64,000 bases of DNA from Epiperipatus broadwayi (lineage: Eukaryota; Animalia; Onychophora), in contig JAQFVV010000003.1 of the NCBI GenBank assembly GCA_028023455.1, forward strand, positions 18,166,001 to 18,230,000, given 5' to 3'. Below, piece after piece: positions 35,781-47,112 of this stretch (its first letter is position 1; each line of letters starts with the position of its first letter). Position numbers and translations under genes: made by a program. Under the pieces are notes generated by a model, which was given only the letters and a program-made list of their open reading frames with translations, had not been told where the DNA came from and searched no databases.

Positions 35781-38700
35781 GGCTGCAGAAAGGAGTTTGC
35801 TATTAACTGAAAGGAGACCCTTTGATTCCTCTTGGAGGCCTTAAAGGAACCGAGCAGGGCAAATTCCTAATGTCCATTCCATACGTTCTTGTCATTGCAT
35901 CTGTTATTATTATGTGATTATTCATATAGTATTCGAACATGAATGGGCTGCTCACCAACATGCATTAGCCAGCATGGTGAGTTTATTGGCTTTTTACCTC
36001 CAAGTTTAAGAACATTTTTTCCAATATATACAATCATGACAGACAAAAATAAATTGTCCCTTATTCACAGGAGGCTGTAAAGTCACCAACCAAGGCAGCG
36101 GTTGGTGGCCGAAGGCGGAGGGTGCTAAGAATCCCCTGATTGTGGACTCAGGCTGCCATTTGATGATGACTTTTTATTTAGGTACTTACAACTGCAGATC
36201 ACTTTCAAGTGAAGGAAGATTGCAAGAGTTAGAAGAAGAACGGTCTTATAATGGACATTATTGGACTTTGTGAAGTTAGAAGAAAAGATGAAGAAACAAT
36301 TGATTTAAAAAGTGGACATATACGCTACTATAAAGGGACAAATATTGGAAATACAAATGGAGTAGGATTCATTATAAATAAAAAATGGAAGAATAACATT
36401 GTGGAGATTGATGGTGTATCAGACAGAGTGGCAAGATTAGTTTTACAACTTAATAGCAGATACCAAATGCAGATAATTCAGGTTTATGCCCCAACAAATT
36501 CTCATAGTGATGAAGTTATAGAATATTTTTATATGGATGTACAAAAGGCTTTTGATCAGAGTAAACAACATTTTAAAATTTTTATGGGAGACTTTAATGC
36601 TAGAATTGGTAAACAAATGAAAATGCTGTAGGTAATTTTGGTTATGGTAATAGAAATGAGAGAGGACATAGACTTGTGGAGTTTGCAGAAAAAAAAAAAA
36701 CTTTTATATTATGAATTCTTTTTTTGAGAAAAATGTTAAAAGGAAATGGACATGGAAGCATCCAAATGAAGGTACAGCAGAATTGATTATATTTTGACTA
36801 ACAGAAAATACATATTTCAAGATTGTAATGTTCTTAATAAATTTAACACAGGAAGTAATCATCGATTAGTAAGATGTAAGATGCATGTTAATGCAAAACT
36901 AGAGAGACAAAAATTATTAAGAAAAACAATATTTACAGTTATTTCTAATCTTCAGAAACATTCTAATGATTTTAAATTGGAACTTACAAATCGGTTTCAA
37001 GTATTAGAAGATTTTGAACACGATTCAGATTTGAATGACACTAATAGGAAAATAACCAATACACTTTTAAAAACTGCAATAAAGATAACTGGTAGAAAGA
37101 AGCAGCAATTGACCAATAAAATTTCTACTGAGACTAGAGAATTTATGAAGAAAAGAAGGAATATGAGGATATACAACAATGATGCATAAAAAAGATTAAA
37201 TATCTCTAATTTTGTAAAATGGTGCGGAAAATAGTTGAAAATGATATAAGAAAGTATAATTGTGAACTAGCAAGAAAAGCTGTAGAAGAGAATAAAAGTC
37301 TAAAGAGTGTAAAACAACATTTTGGTATTGGTAGGAAATTTATATCTGCAATAAGAAAAAAAAAGATGGCATTATTACTAAAAAGAGAGATGACATCATG
37401 AAATGTGTAAAAGATTTCTATCAAGAATTATATAGTAATAAAGAACAAGTGCCTCCTATACCTATTATATCTTCCGAATTGCCCAGAATTTTGAATGAGG
37501 ACGTGAGGGATGCAATTAAATTTATGAAGAAAGGGAAGGCTCCAGGTAATGATGGAATTATAATTGATATATTGAAGGAAGTAGGTGAAGAAATAGAAAT
37601 TTTTTTAGCTAGTTATATACCAAATGTCTAAATGATAAAGATGTACCAGATGATTGGAAGAATGCAGTATTAATATTAATATTTAAAAAAGGTGATAAAG
37701 AAGATATTAGAAATTACAGACCTATCAGTCTTTTATCAGTTTTATACAAAATTTTTACTAAGATAATTACAACTCGTCTACAGAAAACACTTGATTTCAA
37801 CCAACCAAGAGAACAAGCTGGATTTAAAAGTGGTTTTAGTACAGTAGATCATATCCAGGTATTGAGAGAAATTTAGAAAGGACAAATGAATATGAGTTGC
37901 CATTATGCTTACTAAGGATTTGTAGTTTATGAAAAGGCATTTGATTCTATAAACATTTCTTCAGTGATTAAAGCATTGGATCATCAAGGTGTAAATCCAG
38001 GATATTGTCATTTTTTAAAGAATATTTATGAAAATGCAACAGCAACAATTAGATTACATAATGATAGTAGGAAAATCAACATTGAAAAGGGTGTAAGATG
38101 GGGTGATTCCATATCTCCAAAACTTTTTACAGCAGTGCTGCAAGAAGTATTTTGTGGATTAAAATGGGAAGCTAAAGGAGTGAAAGTAAATGGAGATTAT
38201 TTAAATCATTTAGATTTTGCAGATGATGTAGTTGTTTTTGCAAATAATGCTTTAGAGCTACAGGAAATGTTGCAGGAGTTATCAGAGGAAAGTAGGACTA
38301 AAGATAAATGTTAAAAAGACTAAAATAATGTTTAATAGATTTTCTCAAAATGTGAAAATAAAGATTGATTATGATGAGTTAGAAGTAGTTAACGGTTACA
38401 GATACCTTGGTCAGATTACTAATACAGATGGAAATATAATGGATGAAATTAATCATAGAATTAAACTTAGTTGGAGTGCTTTTGGTAGAAATAACTTGAT
38501 ACTAAAAGGAAATATGCCTATGTGTTTGAAAAGGAAGGTATTTAATAAATGTGTTTTGCCAGTTCTTACTTATGGATCTGAGACTTGGACACTTAATAGA
38601 AGAGCAGTACATAGACTTCAGACCATTCAAAGAAGTATGGAGAGATGCGTGTTGGGAGTAACAAGAAGAGATCGAAAATGCAATGTATGGGTAAGAGAAC

Positions 38701-38980
38701 AAACAGGTGTTACTGACCTCATTAAAAAAATTAAAAGACTCAAGTGGAGGTGGGCTGTACATATTGTTAGAAGAGATGATATAGATGGACAATTGAAAGT
38801 TTAAACTGGATTCCAAGAGATTGTAAAAGACCCAGAAAGAGACCACATGTGAGATGGATGGATGAAATAAGAAAGTGTGCAGGGGTGATGTGGAGAAGAG
38901 AGGCTAAAGATAGGAAAAGATGGATTGAACTTGGAGAGACCTTCATCCTGCCGTGGATTGATAACAGTTGATGATGATGA
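35781..38980 (+). mobile_element. Full-length degraded RTE-clade LINE
   Basis: GTYNCRS, DIIGLCEVRR, QVYAPT, GDFNARIG, KGKAPGNDGI, NYRPISLL, VRWGDSISPKLF, LDFADD, YRYLGQ. (GAT)n tail; 15-bp TSD TATATATATATTTTT at 35766-35780 and 38981-38995. Confidence 0.95.
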
Positions 38981-39941
38981 TATATATATATTTTTCTTTA
39001 TAATTATAAACAAAAGTGCACTTCAATTTTGGTTTTTTCACTGCTGGTTCACTCGAAGTTGAAGGCAGTTCTACATTTTCATCATCTGAATTGGGTTCTT
39101 GAGAAATTTCTTGTTCCTTTCTTCCAAAAAAATTAAATATTGTACTTTGTTTACTTATTATTAAACAAGGCTGAGAGAAATACAAACGAAGACATAAATT
39201 GAACATATTAAATGCTTTCAGTACTATGTATGTATTAATCACGTACAATGAAATATAAGTATTATTTGGAAATTACAAATATATACTGTATATATCTTTT
39301 AACAAAATATAAAATTCAATTATTAACTTAACACAATGATTTAGAAAAACGGAATAACTGTAATACATACAAATTTATTTTTTGCTGTTTTAACAACTAC
39401 ACACTAGTTCAAACTATACACTGTGAGCTGAAAATATTTCTACTGAATTCATCACTGGCTTCGTTGATGCTTTAGTTGCATTAATTTTCCACCAGTGGCA
39501 CTGGTTGATGCTTTGGCTGCATTAATTTTAGTTGCATTTTTGGTTGCAATTTTTTGAACAATTACATTTTGAAAATAATCACAAAATTTACCATTATGAT
39601 TATTTAAGTTCAAATTTACAATTGAATTTGAGAAAACTACACAAAGTATAGGTAGTATTACTTATTAATTTTTTTTATTAATACTAATATTTTCTTAAAA
39701 TGTAAAAGATTTTTGCTATTAGATATTTTTGTTTTTATTTTTTGGTGCATATTCGCGAACCATTAAAAATTTAAGCGACCGAAAGGTTAAGAAATGCTGG
39801 TCTATCTGATTTACTGATCTGATTATTTCATAATAAATTATGAGGGGATTATTCTTTTTAAAAGGTTATATATATATATTAATTTTTTATGGATTAATAT
39901 AGTTGTAAATTATTTAATAATTAGGAACTCTATGTGAAGTT

Positions 39942-40136
39942 AAATCTACAGCCAAGATGTATTAAATTGTAGAACCAATCAGATTGATTCTGCAAGCTGA
40001 AGAAAAACAATAGTAAATTTGTTCAAGTTTGTCTTTTGATCAGGGATAGCTTGGACTAGTTTACTATTGTTTTCTTTCAGTCTGCAGAAGTGGTCTGATT
40101 GATTACTGAACTTTATTACACATTGGATATAGATTT
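39942..40136. repeat. Diverged foldback (~88-bp arms), possibly with decayed hammerhead relics
   Basis: Arms ~39942-40029 and 40048-40136. CTGAAGA at 39997-40003; aaactagtc on the minus arm. Confidence 0.6.
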
Positions 40137-43100
40137 TTCGTTTGAAAAAGTTTCTTTATTAATTCTGCTATGGTAGAGTGAAAACCAAGCTGTGATAGGG
40201 CAATGTTGATCTCACAAAGTATGAGTTAATTACTGCTTTGGGAAAAACTTCACAATCATCCATTCACTTTATACATATATTATAACAGTATGAGTCAAGA
40301 AAAGCCATATTTTTACATGTTATGACAGGATTAATACATATGCGAACAAAAGAGTACTAATTATTGGACTTATTCAAAAAACATACAAGTTATAACATCT
40401 ATTCTGTGAATCAGAAATTAATGATTACCTCAACTTGCAACGATTTCTAATTTATAAGCGGCATACAAATCTGTTAAATCTCTTTACTTACATTACACTG
40501 GACCTATGGCAAACACACCTGAAGTACAGATAATGAGACAATTGTGGATTGTTATATTGGTAATGTTGAATGTAATATATACATGCTCCAGTTACTGACA
40601 AAATAATATACAATTCACTTAAGGCACTGAATTAAATATTAATACCAATAATCTTTAATGCTTTTATAGAGGAATTTGACAGTAGTGGTTGGTGGTGAAG
40701 TGATAATCTGCTAATATTTGATAGCTTAGCTGTCATTTGCAGTTTGACAATAATTATTCATGCATTTATTTATTAATGATCTAATTTTTTTGTATTTGCA
40801 CTGTTTTTTTAAAAATATATTATACTATAAACAGAATCCAAATAATACATTTAAAGTTAGTAATCCTAAAGGACATCAGTTTTCAGAAATGATTTGTAGA
40901 TAATCACGTACCTTAGTTTTGACCTATTTTTGCAGTGGATATTGTTGAGGCAATTAACTCTGAGCTCATTCATTTAGTCAGCATGGATCTTTAAAAAAGA
41001 AAACTTCTAATGAACATCTTGTTATTAAAATGTAAACAAAATGGCTATCTTAAAAAATGGGAAATATGCATAATGAATAGTTATAATGTTTTAAAAAGTA
41101 TTCATTTCATGTCTTTTAAATGTTTTTATTTTCCTTTACTTCAGCTGGCTAGCAATGATAAAACAAATTGAAAGGAAATTCTGAAGGTTGCTAGCTAGTT
41201 GAAACAATGGTAGAAAAATAAAATGTATGAAAGTGTGAAATTGATTATCTTTAAAATAATAATATAAAGTTGTTTAATGAAAACAGTAGGAAGATAATGG
41301 AAAAACAATAAGAAGATAATGGTAAAATAACTACATGGAAATACAGTGTATAGTTTTACAATATAGTTGACAAAATCTCCTACTGATGAAATGTTTGACA
41401 AATATTGGTATTTTCTTTTGTTTTATAAGCAGATAATCAACAATTTCAGTTTCAAGTTTGTTTTATAATTTGTAAGGTACTGCCTATTTTATATAGTTCT
41501 GTTTAATGTTAATGATGTTTAATTTTAAATAGACTGTTAAAAATTAACACCCTAATATATAATTTAATTAATATTGATATTTGGTGTACAAAGTAGTAGT
41601 GTATTGATATGCTATGTCTATGATCTAGGTTTGAATTCTAGTCAAGCAAAACTTGGAAAATTTTTTGTTTTAATCAGATTTGGGATTTTTTTCCAGCTAT
41701 GCAACACAATTTCAAATAAGCTAATCCTTGATTAATCAGCAAATGGATATTAAACTGTTATTAGGAAGAAAGAAAACCATTTGATAATTGAAAAAAAAAG
41801 GTGAATAACTTCTTTATGTTTCTATTGGGGAATAATCGAGATCTTAGCTTAACGATAAACTTTATCTTTACTTAGAATAACATATAAAGACAGCTTTGGA
41901 AATTTTGCCATTTGGAACCTTAGATTTTAAGTTAGACCATTGACATCATGATCTTTTTTCTTAGTCAGTTCATCAAAAAGTATTTGGTTTGGAAAAAAAA
42001 GTATTTGTTTAATATTATCATATCTTTTTTTGACAGAATCTTGTCAGCTGTGTCTTCTATTGCAGAGTTTTGCCATGAAGTATGTGACCATGATACTCTG
42101 AAGTATCTTCAAACAGTTATTTTGAATCAAATATTCTGTGCATATATTCATATGTATTTGTTCTTACAATTGATTCATTTTTAACTTTATTCTCATATTG
42201 TTATTCTATTACTAGTTTTTGATTTTTACAAGGGCACCTCTACTTTTAAAAATAATTGCTTTATTTATAGTCCCTTTGTTTCTCTCAAGTTTAAGATATT
42301 CAATTCTTTATTTACTGGTATTCCTTTTTACATTCAGTCATGTAAAATTGGCATTAGTAGATATTTTTCTTATTATTTTTTGGCATTCACTTTTTTTTTA
42401 CTTAATAGACCTTGTGTTCAAAAATGTTTTTGATTTAAAAAAAAAAAAAGTATATTAACCAGAATTTCAAATTCAGGGCTCAGTGTCCAAAATTCTAGAT
42501 TATGTTAATTGTTCATTTTTTTTTTTTTTTTGCTAATTGGCTCAGAGCCGGTTAACTTATGGGCATTGCACTAATGATTGTTAGCTATGGTAAATTACAC
42601 CTATACATATGGGAATATTTAATATATTTTTATAACTTGCCAGATTGCATTCATAGCAGATAAAAATCAATCTTTTCTCAGGCATCAGACACATGTAGAG
42701 TCAGTGCTATTAACTTAATCGTGATATGAAATTTGGATGATTTATTTTAACCAATAAAATTATTACTAGTATATTGTCGCAACTATCATGAATATCTTAT
42801 CTTGCAATTTATCTTGAAACAAATTTAAGGAATGCTGGGATTAGATGTCTTTACATTTCTCAAGGAGAAATCCTATAATTCTATACCAATTATAAAGATA
42901 TGTATATTACTATCATTTAAAAGATATATGATAATGGCAATATAGTACCACCTCTCAAAGAACAATTCTGTTATTACATTAATTTATTTAATAGTTTGAT
43001 TTATTATCTCTGCAATATATTTATAATGTATCAGTATATATAATCATGGATTAACCTATATATGTCATTAGCATACATAATTATGTGTATACACACACAT

Positions 43101-43564
43101 ACTTTAGAAATAGTCATTATTCTACAAACTAAATTTTTGGCTATATAAATGTAATATATGTATGGCATATATATAGTAAATTTTTATATTCATCAAAGAT
43201 TTTTGTTAGTACGATGCCATCTTGTTTATTTGATATTACTGACTAGTAAATCATTTAAGGTATAATCCTTTAAAATGTGAGATTCAAATAATTACTTTGT
43301 ACTGAAAAGGAATTGCTAATTTTTATTTGGATAAATCATTTGTTTTTTGCAAATCTGTTAATCTATTTGTTTACTATTTAAATAATTGTGAGAATTTAAA
43401 CTTGCAAGCCTTTGTGTTTACATTTATACATACACACATTTAAATTCATTCATATATATTTTATATGTAAGCATGCTTAGGTATATTTCTATTTATATAA
43501 TATGTATATGTTCATTTGTAATCCACAAATTTTATGTAATTTTTATACTATTAATTCAAATATT

Positions 43565-44233
43565 TTTTTATTAGTCATTCATTAGACTAGGGTTATCCAT
43601 TTAATGAATAATATTTTTGTATTTTCATTATATCCTTCACGTGCAAGATAGGGACTGGTTTCTGTCATTTATAACACCTTGTACACCATAGACATGTGAA
43701 AAAGATGTATGATCCCAAGGAAACATTTCATGCTAAACCAGCACTCATCAGTTGGCCTCAATCACATCATTTTATACATATCTTTATCAATGTTCAGTAT
43801 ATATATAGATAGGGAATTACTACAGTTTAATTGGTAAATATCAAGCTTTCTGCCTTCACAGTTTTGACAGAAACCACTTGTTGGAAATATATTAATAATT
43901 TTTTATTAGTCATTCATTAGACTACAGAAATATTTTTCATTAAATGGTTAATCTCTAGTCTAATGATTGATTAATAAAAATTATTAATATACTTTCAACA
44001 AGAAATTTGTGCCAAAGTTGTGAGGGCAAAAAAGTTTGACACTTATCAATTAAATTGTAGTAAATCCTATCTATATATACTGAACAATGATAAAGATATA
44101 TGTAAGAGAATGTGATATGGGCCAACTGATGAGTGCTGGTTTAATATGAAATGTGCATTTTGGGGATCATACATCTTTTTCACATGTCTTTGGTCATATA
44201 GTGTAATGGAAATTATACTACAAAAATATTATT
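43565..44233. mobile_element. Family D foldback plus partial tandem, with two divergent hammerheads and a 16-bp TSD
   Basis: Perfect TSD TATTAATTCAAATATT at 43549-43564 and 44234-44249. Arms 43686-43924 and 43956-44193. cattagacta recurs at 43580 and 43915 (period 335). Confidence 0.85.
44122..44163 (+). ncRNA. Type I minimal hammerhead ribozyme (family D); mirror copy at 43715-43757 on the minus strand
   Basis: ccaa-CTGATGA(44126-44132)-gtgc tggttta atat-GAAA(44148-44151)-tgtgca-TT-ttgg. The minus copy has a better stem II (gtgc/gcat) but a decayed cleavage site. Confidence 0.7.
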
Positions 44234-44606
44234 TATTAATTCAAATATTAATTCTTTTCTTTAGCTTCTGTCATGTTGTCATTTTCTTGGTGGATTTTGG
44301 CTTTTACATGTTGCTTACTTCAATACACAACATATTGCTCAAGAATACAAGTTTATAATCATTCAGTGTTATTTAGTTAAATATATATTTCATGACATCA
44401 GAAAAATATTTGAATAAATAAAATTGAATATTTGCATTATTGTTACAAATTATATTATGCTCCAAACATGTGTAGGGAAAATACTTATAATAAATTAAAA
44501 AATCATGCATTGGAGTTAGATATATTTAATGTTATTGATGTCAAAAAATGTGAATAATTCCAGATTTTAAAAATAATTATCAATTATTAATTAAGTAATG
44601 TAATAA

Positions 44607-47112
44607 GGGTATGTAGAAAGGAATTTGCTGTTAACTGAAAGATTCTTTAATTTCTTTTTCATTTTAAAGGCAATGAGCAAGGCAAATTCCATGTTTTTAT
44701 TATTGCAGTTGTTTATTTGTTTATATAGTAAGTGAACATGGGTAGGCTTTTAAAACATGCATTAGCCAGTCTGATAAGTTTATTGACTTTTTATCTCTGA
44801 GTTTAAGATCAAGAAACATCATAGTCTTTATTTTTAGTTATCTGGTAATCTTAACTAAAAACATCAGTGTTTTTGGAGGCAGGATGAATGTGTGAAGGAT
44901 TTTTTTTTTTTAGTAATTATGCTCTGTATTCTCAAGAAGCTGCAAAATCAGTGCCCAAATAATTGACAGCCAAATGCAAAGAATGCTAAGAATCTCATGA
45001 TTTTTGCACCTAGGTTGCCATTTAATGATAAATTTTTATTTAAGTATTTACCAATGTACATCACTTTCAAATAAAGAAAATATATATGAATTGCAAGAAT
45101 TATTTAATATTAAATGGAAATTCATTGGATTCTGTGAAGTTAAAAAATAAGTGAAGAGACAATTTAATTAGAAATAATACCAAAGTATTTTTTAATTATA
45201 AATTGAACAAATATGAAAAAACTTTCAACAATAAGAATTGTGTGCAGAAAATAATAATAGAATAATAAATAAATAATGCTTTGTTATTTGGTGGCAAAGG
45301 TGGTCATAAATTCAAACATCGAAAGTGCCAGGACTGTAATTAATTCAAGGATTTTGCACTCCATCGTCTATCTTTTTTTGAAAAGTAGACATATATTTTA
45401 CTACAAAGTAATAAATATTGGAAGATGTTATTATAGAAAATAATGGTATATCAGAATGGCAATATTGGTTATGCAGTGTAGTGGGAAATAACAAATATGG
45501 ATATTTCAAAGTTACGCTCTAACAAATATATGTAGAAAATACTTTTGATCCACCAAACTATATTTTAAAATTGTTATGGGACACTTTAATGCTACAATTG
45601 TAAGATGAAATTACTGTAAATAAATTTAGCTATAGTATCAGAAATGAGAGAAGACATAGACTTATGGAATTTTTAAGTAAAATACTTAAACATGGAGACA
45701 TTCAAATGAAGACAGCAAAAAAATTGGATATTTTGACTAACACGAAATATGAATAACAAGATTGTGTTGTTTTTAACTGATTCAATACAAGAAATGAACA
45801 TTAATTAGTGAAATATAAAATAGATGTTATTGCAAAACTGTACAAATAAAAACTGACAGAAAAAGACAGTTTTAATAGTTGACATTTTTAATCTTCAGAA
45901 ATATTCCAATTAGAAAATGCTAAATATTTTAAAACATTGACAGACTTTGAAAATATTTCAAACTTAACTGAAATCAATAAGAAGATAGATGATATACTAT
46001 TAAGAACTGCTACAAAGGAAGCTGATACAAATAAGGAATACATTAATTAATATATATATATGTGCTCTGCGCACAGATAATGAAGTTGTTAAACTTAAAT
46101 AAAAAGACAATATATGAAGAAAAGATGTAATATAAAAATAAAATTGTATGAAAGAATTAATAATGACATAAGAAAATATAATTGTGAATTGCCAAGGAAA
46201 GCTATAGATGAGAATAAAAAGCTTCAAAAATATAAAACATTTTCATGTTGGAAGATAAGTTTTTTCAGCAATAATAAGAAAAGATGGAATTATTACTAAA
46301 AAAAGATAATATCTTGAAATGTGTGGAAGAGTTCTACAAAGAATTATATAGTAAAAGAACAAGAAAACAAAGTAACAACAAATCTTGAAAAAGTGCCAGG
46401 AAATTATCGAATTATTATTGATATCTTAAAAGAAGCACGTGAAGAAATACAAAAAAAATTGGGGCAAAACTATATACCAAATGTCTAAATGCTAAAGCTG
46501 TACCAGATAATTGGAAGAATCACTAGCAATACTGATATTTAAGAAAGATAATAAGGAAAATATTAGAAATAAAGATCTAACAATCTTCTATTAATTCTAT
46601 ACAAAATCTTTACCAAAATAATTATAACTCATCTATTGCAAACTTTAGATCATATCCAGATACTGAGAGAAGTTGTAGAATGGAGCAAAGAATATGAAAT
46701 GCCATTTTGCTTTGAATTTGTAGATTATAAAAATGCATTTATTATATGATAATTTCCACAGTGGTTAAAGCTTTGGCCAATAAGATATAGGTCACGGATA
46801 CTGCTATGTTGTGTTATGAAGAATATATATCAAAATGCACCAGCAGTGATTAGATTATGGTGAGATTAATGTTGAGAAGGGTATACAACAGATGATTCTA
46901 TATCCAAAATTTTTTACAGAAGTTTCACAAGAAGTATTTTGTAGACTAGAATGGAATGCTAAAGAATAAAAATGCTGAGTATTATTTAAGTTATCTAGAT
47001 TTTGCAGATGATAAAGTTGTTTTTGAAAATAATGCTGCAGAGCCTCAGGAAATGGTGCAAGACATCAGATAAAAGTAGATCTAATGATAAATACTAAATA
47101 GACTAAAGTGAT
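44607..47112 (+). mobile_element. Older, heavily decayed RTE copy, 5' part
   Basis: 5' UTR matches 35781-36010; colinear endonuclease and RT remnants down to LDFADD..KTKVM, where it is interrupted. Confidence 0.75.

Larger units (their letters stand above)
33539..39799 (-). mobile_element. Full-length hAT transposon of the Buster/Charlie (ZBED5-like) group, with a nested RTE
   Basis: Imperfect TIRs tagcgtttctcaaactttt / reverse complement cagcatttcttaacctttc. Perfect 8-bp TSD GTCTATCT at 33531-33538 and 39800-39807. Confidence 0.92.

Noticed and set aside
35781-35870. HDV-like ribozyme at the RTE 5' end
   Set aside because: The sequence folds as a nested hairpin (ggagtttgc/gcaaattcc, cctttga/ttaaagg, cctc/gagg). 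I found no P1 3' strand or P1.1/L3 arrangement for the double pseudoknot.
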